A stretch of DNA of 32,000 nucleotides from a virus. The position numbers were made by a program, and so were the translations under genes. Below the pieces are notes generated by a model. The model was given only the letters and a program-made list of their open reading frames with translations, was not told where the DNA came from and made no database searches. Every line of letters starts with the position of its first letter. Within the stretch, counting starts at the first letter, position 1. Positions 1 through 9,593 of this stretch are shown one piece after another. The stretch covers positions 3,278 to 35,277 of IMG/VR virus record IMGVR_UViG_2551306257_000004, one strand, 5' to 3'.

Positions 1-587
1 CTGATGCCGATGTAGTCACTTCGGTTCCAGTCAACGTTCGTTGTGTTGAAAGTCCCTGCTGTTCGGACAAATCCAGGGATCCATTTTATCAAAATATTAT
101 TTTGCAATTCTGCTAGATTCATGTTTACCTCCTCGAATTGTTTTCTGATAGCTTCTCCTGCAGATGGATATTGCCGACCACTGTTAGCCACACGAATATC
201 TATCAATTCACTTGGTGCCGTTCCATTCCCAGCGTTAGCGATAAGATTGTTAATCTGACCGCTGACAACACTAATATCTTGAGCTGTTGATTTGTCGGCT
301 AGCTCCATTTTGTCCAGCCGTTCTACCAGAGTATTTGCATAGCCTCTGGCCTTAGCAACTTCCATGTTGGCATTGCCTTCCTTGGTGCCTTCTAACCATG
401 TCCGTTCAAATAGCTGCGCAATGACTTCACGAACATCAGACCCTTTACTTTTGGTTCGGATCCAATCCGTCAGGTATGAAATTTGATGTAGGACATTAGG
501 ATCAACATCTTCAAAGTCAGTATAAAATTTGCCACGGTTGCTTGCTTCATCCGCCTGTTTCGTCAAACTCTTAAAATCATATGCCAT
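1..587 (-). CDS. Tail fibre / receptor-binding (host-specificity) protein. Only the N-terminal ~195 codons are present; the gene runs off the left edge.
   Basis: Absent from the ORF track because there is no stop in the window. My translation from ATG 587 is MAYDFKSLTKQADEASNRGKFYTDFEDVDPNVLHQISYLTDWIRTKSKGSDVREVIAQLFERTWLEG... and it stays open to nt 1. A GGAGG lies ~8 nt upstream. The start overlaps the end of the Tal-like gene. Confidence 0.6.
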   Translation of the reverse strand, partial: MAYDFKSLTKQADEASNRGKFYTDFEDVDPNVLHQISYLTDWIRTKSKGSDVREVIAQLFERTWLEGTKEGNANMEVAKARGYANTLVERLDKMELADKSTAQDISVVSGQINNLIANAGNGTAPSELIDIRVANSGRQYPSAGEAIRKQFEEVNMNLAELQNNILIKWIPGFVRTAGTFNTTNVDWNRSDYIGI

Positions 588-2067
588 CCGCATTTCCTCC
601 TTGTGTTTCTTTTAATTTTTCGATAGCTGCTTGAGTTTCAGCAATCTTATTGTCAAAGCTTTGCTTCTTACCTTCCGCAACTTGCTTCTGTACTGTCAAA
701 CTAGCAATTAAGTTTGCATCGCTTTCCGAGTCTAGCTGAGCAATCTGTTCTGTCAGAACTTGGATTTCTTGAGCAAAGCTATCAGAGTTGACCTGATACT
801 GAGAAAGTTCCGTCTGCAAAAGTGACATCTGATTGTTGTAATTTGCTTGAGCCTCCAGTTTTGCATTTGCTGCTTGTTGATCAGCCATTACTTTTTCCAT
901 GGACTTCGTGGCCTCCTGCTGTTGTAATTGAAATTTTGATAAGGTCATACTGTCAGCACCTACGGTCAAATCTACTGATTCAGGCTGGGTGACATCAATA
1001 ACCTTTTTAATAATCTGTAATCGCTCTACTCCAGAAAGTGGTGGGTTATCAATCGGATGAGTATTGCCTATCTTGAACTTTTCAAACGAATGATCGATTA
1101 AATACAATTCAACAACTGACACAGACCAGGCGGAAATGGCAATTTTTTGATTAGCCATATACTGCTTACCACGTTCTAATAAGATTCTGGCATCCTTGAT
1201 TTCTGTCCAGTCCATAGGTCTTTGTATGATTCCGAACTGTCTGACCAATTCAGGGTCTTCAATGTAGCTCCTACCACCATTAACGCCATTGATTGTGACA
1301 CGTTCACGGACAACATATTGGCCTGTTTCTTCATCTTGAGTATCTTTATCCAGGTCAGAACCTAAAGGAACTAATCTAGTGATAAGGTTGCTCAAATCAA
1401 GCTCCCTGCGTGCTGTTTCAATGTTGGTACCTAGTTGGATAGGACTAGACATGTCTTGACCGACATCTTTTAGATAATCCAGGTACATACCGTCATCCTC
1501 CAAACGTAGTTGGATATAGCCACCCATTCGACCAACAAGATAGGTTTTGATGGTTTCAAAAGTAGTGTCATAACCAATAAAGCGATAGGGCACGTCGGAT
1601 TGATTTGGAACGGTCACCCGGCCAATTTTGAATTGTTTGTGTGGTTCTACTTGCCTATTATGGACATCAATAATCCGCCTCAAATAGTCTTCGACACCAT
1701 TATTTGTAACCCTCTGGAAAGTCTGTGTAGAATCCTGAAGATAGCCCAGTACCGACTCACAAACAAAGGTCTTTGCAAATAAACCTGTTGAATCCATGCC
1801 TGCATCTGGTTTTAGGACACGGCCATAAAATTCAACTTCTTTGTCGTATTTGTTGACGATTTTAACCAAACCAGTGATAGGCTCAATCTGATTATAAAGC
1901 GGATGGTCATACATGAGTTCAAACTCAAATGTACCAATATCAGACAAAGACTGTTCCAAACGTCCAGCCGATACTTTATCACCGTCTAACTGAGTTTCAT
2001 GCAATAAAGTTCCCACTTTGTCTGCGTGATTTTTGTAGTAGATAATCCGGTAGCCAAGTTCAATCAT
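577..2067 (-). CDS. Tail-associated / baseplate hub protein (Tal-like, prophage-tail N-terminal domain) with a C-terminal coiled coil.
   Basis: 496-aa ORF directly after Dit with a 4-nt overlap. The N-terminus MIELGYRIIYYKNH...GRLEQSLSDIGTFEFEL...FYGRVLKP is typical of siphovirus Tal proteins. The C-terminal ~120 aa are Q/E/A-rich heptad-like. Confidence 0.7.
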   Translation of the reverse strand: MIELGYRIIYYKNHADKVGTLLHETQLDGDKVSAGRLEQSLSDIGTFEFELMYDHPLYNQIEPITGLVKIVNKYDKEVEFYGRVLKPDAGMDSTGLFAKTFVCESVLGYLQDSTQTFQRVTNNGVEDYLRRIIDVHNRQVEPHKQFKIGRVTVPNQSDVPYRFIGYDTTFETIKTYLVGRMGGYIQLRLEDDGMYLDYLKDVGQDMSSPIQLGTNIETARRELDLSNLITRLVPLGSDLDKDTQDEETGQYVVRERVTINGVNGGRSYIEDPELVRQFGIIQRPMDWTEIKDARILLERGKQYMANQKIAISAWSVSVVELYLIDHSFEKFKIGNTHPIDNPPLSGVERLQIIKKVIDVTQPESVDLTVGADSMTLSKFQLQQQEATKSMEKVMADQQAANAKLEAQANYNNQMSLLQTELSQYQVNSDSFAQEIQVLTEQIAQLDSESDANLIASLTVQKQVAEGKKQSFDNKIAETQAAIEKLKETQGGNADGI

Positions 2068-2786
2068 CCCATGACCTCTTTCTGATAATGAAATTGAATT
2101 GTCCCAGTACCTTCTACACGAACATCATTGACACCAGGACGTAGGGACAAGTAGTAGTCTTGTTTGCTACCAGCTTCGAAAATGACCGGTTCTTCATCGT
2201 TAACCTTTACTGAAAATCGACTATCTACAGTAATTTTAGGTTTAACAGCCATTGAGCCAGCGTTGAAAAGAGGAAAATCCAGAGAGCCATTCACGATGTA
2301 CTTGGTATAATTTGCTACATCATCATCAAAATCAAAAACATCCCAAAGATCATCAAAATAATTCGTGTGACTTATCATGTACGGGTAACAATCGAATACA
2401 ATTGTCACTGTAAGCTGATTGAACTGCTCACCGTTCTCTACTTCAACGGATTTGCACTTACCAAGCCAATAATAATTGGCATCATGCGTGTCATAGAGTT
2501 TGTTTCGTGGATGTACCATAAGCTTCTGCTTGATGTTTCGTTCTACAATCTTACGTTGACTATATGGTGTGTTAAACAACATGAAAACATACTCAATTTC
2601 ACGATTTTCAAAGACCCGTGACCCCAATAAAGCAGAAAAATCAAGAACCCCCTGCTTAAATGGGAGGTTCTTGAGAATTTCTTTTTCATCTGGAGTTGGG
2701 GCATTGCGTTCCATCAAATATAACTTTTCATTCTTGGAGTTAAACCCCATGAATTGAATGTATTCATTGATTTCTAAGTTGCCCAT
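2064..2786 (-). CDS. Distal tail protein (Dit).
   Basis: 240-aa ORF immediately downstream of the tape measure and overlapping its stop. Size and position are canonical for Dit. Confidence 0.7.
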   Translation of the reverse strand: MGNLEINEYIQFMGFNSKNEKLYLMERNAPTPDEKEILKNLPFKQGVLDFSALLGSRVFENREIEYVFMLFNTPYSQRKIVERNIKQKLMVHPRNKLYDTHDANYYWLGKCKSVEVENGEQFNQLTVTIVFDCYPYMISHTNYFDDLWDVFDFDDDVANYTKYIVNGSLDFPLFNAGSMAVKPKITVDSRFSVKVNDEEPVIFEAGSKQDYYLSLRPGVNDVRVEGTGTIQFHYQKEVMG

Positions 2787-5700
2787 GAAGTTCTACTCCT
2801 TAACTGTGTATTTTGACCGAGGTTGCGGTCAACTTTTCGACTGATAACTTTGCCATCCAGATATGTGTTTCCACTTCTGCGGACTTCGTCAATCAGTTCA
2901 TCAAACTTCTTGATCAAGCGTTGCTGACTGGCCACATTGTCAATGCTGTGCTGGACACTTTGAGGATTATGTGACACAGTGACACTGTTCATCAAGTTAG
3001 CTGCCATGTTTGGCAAATCAAATGAACCATCAAGCCCGGTCTGTACCAATTCTGACAATTGACCAGCCATACTTGATACATTGCTTTTGACTTCCTGCCA
3101 GCCTGAGCTGATACCACGGTTCAAACCAAACATGATGGCCAGACCATTATCAACCAAAAGACGTTTATCATAAGAAATTGGACCCTTGTTTCTCTTGATC
3201 CACTCAGCCATGCTCGATACACTAGCTGTGATTTGTGCCCATCCTGCATCAATCCCTGACTTCAAACCAGCCATTAGGGCCGTACCGTTAGAGTACAGGT
3301 TGACACCAGAACCAACATTTCTCAAAGAACTGTTCATGTTATTAACAGTGTTTTGAGTAGATGACACCATTTGTTGCCCGGCAGATTGCCAAGCTGAAAC
3401 CATTTGGCTTCCACCATTGCGTACTGCGGACACAATAGCCGTCATTCCATTCAAAACAGCTGATTTCATCTGATTCATAGTGGATTGGGTAATGGACACC
3501 ATTTGGGTCCCTGCGGATCTGATTGCAGTTGCCATCTGGTTCCCACCATTCCGAACTGCTGAAGCACTAGCAGTCATTCCATTTAGTACAACTGATTTCA
3601 CTTGTGACATTGATGCCTGCATTGCTGTAGTCATTTGAATACCCGCTGTGCGGATCGCTGTTGACATCTGCATACCCGCGTTAGAGATTGCCGCTGTTGC
3701 ACCAGCCATTGAAGACATGATACCAGCACCTAGTGCCGTTACCTGACCCAGTGCCTGACTAGATGCTGAACCTAACCGTTGCATGGCATTTCCTGCTGCA
3801 TTGGCTTGACCGTTAAAGGTTGCAAGCCCTGCACTTGCTACAGATGCAGATGGTCCAATGGTCATGAGCATGGAAGCAAATTGTGTAATAGTTGCACCAA
3901 TCGCCATCAAGCTAGTTAATGAAGACTGGGCACTGGTTGCAAAGGTCATCATAGCAGTGCCAGCCATAGTCATCATAGCTGGTAACGTTCCAAGGCTAGC
4001 TGATAGGGTTGTAAGGGCAGTTGGTAACATTTGAATAGCTACGCTAGCCATCCGAGCTGATGTCGCCATCGTTTGCATGCCCATTCCTGCCGCTTGAAGT
4101 CCAGGACCAGCAGAACCTATTCCAGAGGCTACAATAGCAGTCAATCCAACTGCTACTGCTGCAAGTGATGCACCCATATCTATGATGTTTAGACTTGTTA
4201 CTTTACTGATACCACTAGCCAAACGTTGGAACCCAGTTCCTGCGTTTAAGGCAGCATTACCGATTGAGTCAAAGACTCCAGCTACTGAGTCTAAAATCCC
4301 TGATACCGCTGAACCAAATGACTCAATAATCCCTTGGGCACCACTAAACACCGTTTCAAGTGTACCGTTGAATGTTTCCAATGCTCCTGAAAGACTATCA
4401 ATGATTGGTGGAATAACTGACGCTAAGTCGGTAAAAGCATTGATTATATTTGGTAGTTGAGAAACTACCGCCGTCACCATTTGGGTTATAGATGGAATAA
4501 ATGGAGCCAATGCCTGCACAATTTGGACAATTGCATTTGACACAATTGCAGCAAGTTGGTTAAAAGCGCTCATAATAGCTGGCAATATCGGAGTGACCGC
4601 CTGAACAATTTGCACTGCTGCTTGAGAAATTACCGTAACAACTTGAACAAAAGTAGAGCTAATAATAGCAATAATCGGTGTAAGTGCAGTAAGAATTTGG
4701 GCAACGCCTCCTGTAATTGCTGAAACAATCCCCGCAATTGCCCCACCAACTGCGGTTGCCACCATTGAAAATGCCGTACCAAATGCCACAACTAACGGTG
4801 AGAGCATCGACAATGCGGAAGCTATTGTTGTCATAACTGGGGCAAGAGAAACTAAGGCAGCAACAAAGGCTTGAAGTGTTCCTCCTACTAATTGAACGAA
4901 AATATCAGCTAATCCTTTCAAGAACGGAAGTACCATTCCCTGAACAGCACTTAATGCCACTAATGCAGCAGTTACCGCTGCAAGCCCCATCGCAAACGAA
5001 GCAACTCCGACTGGATTAAGCATAGAAATAGCTCTAGCTATCCCTTGGAATACAGTTGAAATAGCTGACCCAATCCCCTTGAAGATTGAAGCAATACCCT
5101 TTCCTAGTCCGGTAAAAGTATTCTTTACTGCAGTTCCTGCCGATTTTGCCATTTTAGATAGACCAGCGAACGGATTTGGTATTTTCGGAGCTGTCGGCTT
5201 GAATTTACTAAAAGGATTTGGAATCTTAACATCTTTAAGTTTTTTTAGTGCCACGATTGTAAGTCCAATAGCGCCAATAAGCGGGGTAAATGCTCCAATA
5301 TTCAACTTACTTAATGCTTGCTTGATGAAATCAAGCGCTGGCTGTACTTTTGTTTTTAATTCGTTAAATTTAGCAACTACGGCACTGATAGCGCTATTTA
5401 CAATGTTGCGGAATGTTTCAGAATGCTTATAGGCATAAACTAGACCCGCAACTAGGGCGGCGATTGCTACAATAGCAAGACCCCATGGGTTAGAGAGGAC
5501 GGCGCTTATTCCTTGGAAGGTAGCTTTTAGTGTACCAATACCCTTCATAATTCCGGACAAAGCCAGTAAGACAGGTCCAGCACCGACGGCAATCAAGGCA
5601 ACCCATTTTTGCCATGGTGCAAGCGGTAGATTGTCCCAGATAGTCTTGACCACATTGCCAACATTTTTAGCAAAGTTCTGAACCGTTGTCTTGAGGTTCG

Positions 5701-6481
5701 TCATCAACTGGGCAACATCTGCTTCAGGATCACCAAGACCTGCCACAAAGTTCTGGAATGCGCCTTTCATAGCATCCAAGGAACCAGCAACGGTCTTTTC
5801 TGACTCTTTGAGGAAGTTCCCGTCATATTGCTTGGTGCGGTCCATGAACATCTGCATGGCAAGTTCTGCTTTTTCGGCATTGCTTGCCGTTTCCCACTTG
5901 AAGTTGAGACCTTTTTCAAGGGCATAGGCTTCAAGGGTTGTCGCATTCATGGCAACACCAAGGTTATCCATCATTGTGAAGTTGCCTTTGGCTGCGCCTG
6001 CTACGGATTCCATAGCCATGTTCATGTCAACACCCATAACGGATGCCACGTCTGCTGCACGTTTCATGGCTTTCGAAGTCATATCAAGGGCTTTTTGTTG
6101 CTCCACTCCTGAACCTTGAAAGAGGGAACCCATTTTATTAGCTGTAGCCATGTAATCCGATGCAGAGAGCCCCATGGTCTGGTAAGCACTCTTGGCATCA
6201 TTTTGAACACTCTTGGCAAACTGACCGAAGACAGCTTCTGTACCACCCAGGTTCTGCTCAAGACTTGCATAGCCTTTTACAACTGCCCCAATACCTGCAA
6301 GGGCTGGAGCAGTTAAACCAGCCGAAAGTGCCAGACCTGCCGTCTGGAATCCATTTGCGACATTCTCAAAGGTTCGGTTTGATTTACTTTGGAAACTCTC
6401 GAAAACAGATTGAGCTTCCTTGATTCCGCTTGTAAAATTCGAAACATTGGCCTTTAAGACCGCTGTTACATCAAATGCCAT
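2774..6481 (-). CDS. Tape measure protein.
   Basis: 1235 aa, the longest ORF in the window. It follows the G/G-T chaperones. It has an Ala/Gly/Ile-rich hydrophobic core, internal repeats (AVRNGGxQM...AIRSAGxQM) and a helical N-terminus. Confidence 0.9.
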   Translation of the reverse strand: MAFDVTAVLKANVSNFTSGIKEAQSVFESFQSKSNRTFENVANGFQTAGLALSAGLTAPALAGIGAVVKGYASLEQNLGGTEAVFGQFAKSVQNDAKSAYQTMGLSASDYMATANKMGSLFQGSGVEQQKALDMTSKAMKRAADVASVMGVDMNMAMESVAGAAKGNFTMMDNLGVAMNATTLEAYALEKGLNFKWETASNAEKAELAMQMFMDRTKQYDGNFLKESEKTVAGSLDAMKGAFQNFVAGLGDPEADVAQLMTNLKTTVQNFAKNVGNVVKTIWDNLPLAPWQKWVALIAVGAGPVLLALSGIMKGIGTLKATFQGISAVLSNPWGLAIVAIAALVAGLVYAYKHSETFRNIVNSAISAVVAKFNELKTKVQPALDFIKQALSKLNIGAFTPLIGAIGLTIVALKKLKDVKIPNPFSKFKPTAPKIPNPFAGLSKMAKSAGTAVKNTFTGLGKGIASIFKGIGSAISTVFQGIARAISMLNPVGVASFAMGLAAVTAALVALSAVQGMVLPFLKGLADIFVQLVGGTLQAFVAALVSLAPVMTTIASALSMLSPLVVAFGTAFSMVATAVGGAIAGIVSAITGGVAQILTALTPIIAIISSTFVQVVTVISQAAVQIVQAVTPILPAIMSAFNQLAAIVSNAIVQIVQALAPFIPSITQMVTAVVSQLPNIINAFTDLASVIPPIIDSLSGALETFNGTLETVFSGAQGIIESFGSAVSGILDSVAGVFDSIGNAALNAGTGFQRLASGISKVTSLNIIDMGASLAAVAVGLTAIVASGIGSAGPGLQAAGMGMQTMATSARMASVAIQMLPTALTTLSASLGTLPAMMTMAGTAMMTFATSAQSSLTSLMAIGATITQFASMLMTIGPSASVASAGLATFNGQANAAGNAMQRLGSASSQALGQVTALGAGIMSSMAGATAAISNAGMQMSTAIRTAGIQMTTAMQASMSQVKSVVLNGMTASASAVRNGGNQMATAIRSAGTQMVSITQSTMNQMKSAVLNGMTAIVSAVRNGGSQMVSAWQSAGQQMVSSTQNTVNNMNSSLRNVGSGVNLYSNGTALMAGLKSGIDAGWAQITASVSSMAEWIKRNKGPISYDKRLLVDNGLAIMFGLNRGISSGWQEVKSNVSSMAGQLSELVQTGLDGSFDLPNMAANLMNSVTVSHNPQSVQHSIDNVASQQRLIKKFDELIDEVRRSGNTYLDGKVISRKVDRNLGQNTQLRSRTSWAT

Positions 6482-6963
6482 TAACTAACCCCTCCTTTCT
6501 CTAGGTATTCGTTCATCAAACGGTTTAATTCTGCCATTCGGTCAAGTTTGCGTCTTCGCTCTGTTGGCTGGAAGAGATTTTGGATTTCCGTATCATAGTC
6601 AAAGAAATCATTAAAATCTTCATAAGCAGAACGAATGTTCTTTCCACTGCCTTTGGTAGCTTTAGCAGCCTGACTATACCAGGCATTCTTGGCCATCAAA
6701 TGCAGTTGATCTACTGTCTTGATTTCAAATGCCTTTTGATATGCCCAAAACTGTTCGATGGTTGTGTTGTAGGCTTGTTGATAAGTCAGCCCAGCTCTTG
6801 CAATCAGTATGGAGATACAGTCTGCGTAGGTGTAATGGTATCTGTTGTCTGTGTTGCTTGCTCCACTACTGTCATCTGTGGTTGTGGTTGTGCTGGTGCT
6901 TGAACTTGTGGAGCCTGGTCTCCTTGAACCTTCATAGCGAATGCCAGGATTGGTGATTTTTTT
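6481..6963 (-). CDS. T-frame extension of the tail assembly chaperone, giving a G-T fusion by -1 frameshift. The track lists only its last 72 codons (6481-6699).
   Basis: I traced the frame of ORF 6481-6699 upstream codon by codon. It has no stop back to at least 7020 and is the -1 frame relative to ORF 6804-7259. Its stop overlaps the tape measure ATG (TAATG). Confidence 0.55.
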   Translation of the reverse strand, partial: KKITNPGIRYEGSRRPGSTSSSTSTTTTTDDSSGASNTDNRYHYTYADCISILIARAGLTYQQAYNTTIEQFWAYQKAFEIKTVDQLHLMAKNAWYSQAAKATKGSGKNIRSAYEDFNDFFDYDTEIQNLFQPTERRRKLDRMAELNRLMNEYLEKGGVS

Positions 6964-7259
6964 ACTTCTTCTAAAACGCTTGTGAAGACTTGTTCGATGC
7001 GACCTTCGATAATCAGCTGTGTCAAATAGGCTTCCAGCTCTTCGTTGCTAGGCTTTTGAGGTGCCTCAGCAGTCGCAGCCTTAATCAAATCATAGAATGC
7101 CAATGGATCACCAAGGAACTGACCAACATTGAAAAGAGCCATTGCGCCATAACCAGTCTTCATGCCTTCAAATTCTGCGGGCTTACGCTTGTTCATTTCA
7201 GCAAGAAAGCCTAAACCAAATTTAAGTTCATAGTTTTTTCCGTTAATTGTTAAAATCAT
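6804..7259 (-). CDS. Tail assembly chaperone (gpG-like).
   Basis: 151-aa ORF between the major tail and tape measure genes. It contains an A AAA AAA slippery site, and the -1 frame is open across its 3' part. Confidence 0.7.
   Translation of the reverse strand: MILTINGKNYELKFGLGFLAEMNKRKPAEFEGMKTGYGAMALFNVGQFLGDPLAFYDLIKAATAEAPQKPSNEELEAYLTQLIIEGRIEQVFTSVLEEVKKSPILAFAMKVQGDQAPQVQAPAQPQPQMTVVEQATQTTDTITPTQTVSPY
6957..6963 (-). promoter_or_regulatory. Candidate -1 programmed frameshift slippery heptamer A_AAA_AAA.
   Basis: Seven consecutive T on + (A on -). The zero-frame reading is GTA AAA AAA TCA (EEVKKS). No other X_XXY_YYZ heptamer was seen between here and the G stop. Confidence 0.5.
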
Positions 7260-7277
7260 ATTTTGTTACTCCTTAAT

Positions 7278-7302
7278 AAAAAAGGGGCGGATGTACCGCC
7301 CG
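7278..7302 (-). terminator. Rho-independent terminator after the major tail gene.
   Basis: - strand CGGGCGG-tacat-CCGCCCC followed by TTTTTT, 9 nt after the stop at 7311. Confidence 0.7.
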
Positions 7303-7310
7303 TTTCAAAA

Positions 7311-7856
7311 TTAAACTGATGTTACTTTAGCCAAAGTTTGGTAAGCGTATTGTGCCGCTTTGACCGCTACTTCTTGCGATTCAGTCAAGGTGTCTTTGTT
7401 ATCAAATAGTCCTTTACCGTCAACTGCGTATGAGTAGCTCAATTCAACCTTGCCATCTGCTGGAGAAGTTAGTTCGAAGCTGGTGAATTTTCCTTGGAAA
7501 TAATCTACCAGGTATTCTGTTTTCTGAGTTTCCTCATTCTTCTTACCTGAATTGATATCTACGTTCCAAACTTCAACAGTTTCGCCATCCAAAAACCATT
7601 GACGCATTTGTTTCCACATTTCAATCGTTTCTGGATTTGTATCGCGGTATGCAAGGGCTGAAAAATCAAGTGTATTCTCACCGTCTGCAGTACTGTTCAC
7701 AATACCATCTACAGTTGTCTGTGAGTCAGTTTCTTTTTCCATGCTGAGTGTCATTTCAGTCATAAAGCGGATGCGGTCAGCATCTACTTTTGCACTGTCT
7801 TTCAGCAAACGAAAAAAGGAAAGAAAATCTTTCCCGTTAATTACTTCAATAGGCAT
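7311..7856 (-). CDS. Major tail protein.
   Basis: 181 aa, lying after the connector genes and before the G/G-T chaperones. The N-terminus MPIEVINGKDFLSFFRLL resembles TP901-1/phi13-type major tail proteins. It has its own terminator. Confidence 0.8.
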   Translation of the reverse strand: MPIEVINGKDFLSFFRLLKDSAKVDADRIRFMTEMTLSMEKETDSQTTVDGIVNSTADGENTLDFSALAYRDTNPETIEMWKQMRQWFLDGETVEVWNVDINSGKKNEETQKTEYLVDYFQGKFTSFELTSPADGKVELSYSYAVDGKGLFDNKDTLTESQEVAVKAAQYAYQTLAKVTSV

Positions 7857-7859
7857 ATT

Positions 7860-8246
7860 TTAAATTCCTTTCTGGTTGTAAGAAAATGAGATATCCAGCA
7901 CCCTGTGAATGAGTGGCTGGACATCTGTGTTATCTGGTGCGTCTTTCTGATTACAAGATACAAAGTTAATTGCGTAATCATAAGCCGCACGGGATGTTCT
8001 CAGCGAGTTTAAAAGCAAGCTGGTCAAATTATCTAACTCTGACCTTTGCGTTCGTGTAGCGTAAATGTGAACCGTCTGAGTGGCATTACCGAATAGGTCA
8101 AAGTTCGTTTCATCGGTATTGGAACTTTCACCAACATAGATGAACGGGTACTGGGTTCCGGCATCTGGCAGATAGTCAAATGTTCTGTCCGTCACTTTTT
8201 GACCTTCAGCGAATACATGCCGAAAAATAGCGTGATTTGGTGTCAA
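7860..8246 (-). CDS. Tail terminator / tail completion protein (gpU/DUF3168-like).
   Basis: 128-aa ORF immediately upstream of the major tail gene. The call rests on position and size. Confidence 0.5.
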   Translation of the reverse strand: MTPNHAIFRHVFAEGQKVTDRTFDYLPDAGTQYPFIYVGESSNTDETNFDLFGNATQTVHIYATRTQRSELDNLTSLLLNSLRTSRAAYDYAINFVSCNQKDAPDNTDVQPLIHRVLDISFSYNQKGI

Positions 8247-8614
8247 TCTTTAAAAGCTCCTTTCATAACATCTGTCATATCCTGTTTGAATTTTGGTTCT
8301 ACTTCTCTGATTGCTGGGCGTAAGTGAGGAGTGCCTTCCTGGAACCGTGTACCGTATTCTTGGTAACCAGCATAAGCCGCTTCATCGTCAACATGTCCTT
8401 CAAGCGGTCCATGATAGGATGTTTTGATTTGAGATTTTAGGTATCCTCCATTTACTGCTGCAACCGGGGCTTTATCTTGAGCAGTAGTTTTTAATTTTTC
8501 TGTATTATTTTTTACAGCTTTGCTAGCACCATCAAGAACTTTTGACCCAGCCCCCTTGATTACCATGGTCAGCTGTTCTACACCCTGCCAATCAATCTTC
8601 ATTCCTCCTGCCAT
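8243..8614 (-). CDS. HK97 gp10-like head-tail joining protein.
   Basis: 123 aa. The motif AAYAGYQEYGTRFQEGTPHLRPA is characteristic of the HK97 gp10 family. Confidence 0.65.
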   Translation of the reverse strand: MAGGMKIDWQGVEQLTMVIKGAGSKVLDGASKAVKNNTEKLKTTAQDKAPVAAVNGGYLKSQIKTSYHGPLEGHVDDEAAYAGYQEYGTRFQEGTPHLRPAIREVEPKFKQDMTDVMKGAFKD

Positions 8615-8920
8615 CTAACCACCTACTTTCTTGAGCCGAATAGCTCCCTTGATTGGTGCATCAATAGCGTCCAATGGTTCGTACCTACTGCCGTCATAGA
8701 TAGCGTATTGGAATGGTTCTTGCTCTTGCTGGAACCGGCAAATCATAATCTTTTCAGACCGACTGCCATATTCTTCAAAGACCTTTGCTTGTGAAATGAA
8801 GTTCACCAAACAAGGTACAAGAGTTTCTGTTCCTGGAGTTTCGTCATAACTATCCGTTGCTGGATTGTATTTGGATACAGTTCCACCACGGAAAAGAGCA
8901 ATGCGGTGAGGTGTCTTCAT
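8615..8920 (-). CDS. Head closure / head-tail adaptor protein.
   Basis: 101-aa ORF between the gp6-like and gp10-like genes, with overlapping stops and starts. Confidence 0.55.
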   Translation of the reverse strand: MKTPHRIALFRGGTVSKYNPATDSYDETPGTETLVPCLVNFISQAKVFEEYGSRSEKIMICRFQQEQEPFQYAIYDGSRYEPLDAIDAPIKGAIRLKKVGG

Positions 8921-9264
8921 AGGAACATCACCTTACCCTTCTGTCGTTGGGAACCGTCCAAACCAAAATCCTTATTCAAAATAGCCATGTAAGGCTTGAA
9001 GAGGTTGTCCCATTCCTGATAGGTGACCGAATAGCCGTCAACCGTTTCAGATGTGACCCCTTCAGAACCTTTGCGACCGTATAGCTTATAGACCACATTC
9101 TCAATCATGAAGTGATACTTGCTGTCAACGATTGAGGAGGATGTTAGTAGTTTGAAATAACCTTCTGCATCTTCAATCAAATCTTCAAGTAGTTCATCTT
9201 CTGCTGTGTCATCGGCTGGAATACCCAACCGACGTTTGATTTTTGCAAGTTGGGTGCTGTCCAT
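8917..9264 (-). CDS. gp6-like head-tail connector protein.
   Basis: The N-terminus MDSTQLAKIKRRLGIPADDTAEDELLEDLIEDAEGYF is the typical gp6-like connector signature. Confidence 0.7.
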   Translation of the reverse strand: MDSTQLAKIKRRLGIPADDTAEDELLEDLIEDAEGYFKLLTSSSIVDSKYHFMIENVVYKLYGRKGSEGVTSETVDGYSVTYQEWDNLFKPYMAILNKDFGLDGSQRQKGKVMFL

Positions 9265-9266
9265 GA

Positions 9267-9581
9267 CTAAGCTCCTTTCAAGAGTTCTAATAGCTCCGCT
9301 TTTTTAGCACGGGAGCTGTACTTGATACCAAGATCATCAAGCGCAGCCTTGATTTCGTCAATAGTCGGATCTTCAACTGTTACTTCTTCTACCTCAACTG
9401 TTTCTTTCTCATCTGGTTGAGTCGGAACTTCATCAACTGCGACAATAGCCCCTTTCTCCACTAGCTCATCAAGTCGCTCCTGGGATACGACAAGTCCAGG
9501 ACGTGGGTAGATAGCCCCTGCATAGTAGCAAAAATCATCATCCTGCAAATCACGGATAGCTTTAGTTGTTTTATAGGTCAT
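9267..9581 (-). CDS. Head-module protein with a C-terminal HeH/Rho-N-like motif.
   Basis: 104 aa with an acidic linker, followed by IDEIKAALDDLGIKYSSRAKKAELLELLKGA (helix-extension-helix pattern). It lies directly after the major capsid gene. Confidence 0.5.
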   Translation of the reverse strand: MTYKTTKAIRDLQDDDFCYYAGAIYPRPGLVVSQERLDELVEKGAIVAVDEVPTQPDEKETVEVEEVTVEDPTIDEIKAALDDLGIKYSSRAKKAELLELLKGA

Positions 9582-9593
9582 GACCTACCTCCT

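Noticed and set aside
43-2757. + strand ORFs at 43-258, 1510-1782, 2367-2621 and 2569-2757.
   Set aside because: They are antisense to the fibre, Tal and Dit genes. They start at GTG or TTG without an RBS.
4182-6423. Multiple + and - strand ORFs (62-117 aa) inside the tape measure gene.
   Set aside because: All are nested in or antisense to a 1235-aa ORF. They are typical shadow ORFs of Ala/Gly-rich coding sequence.
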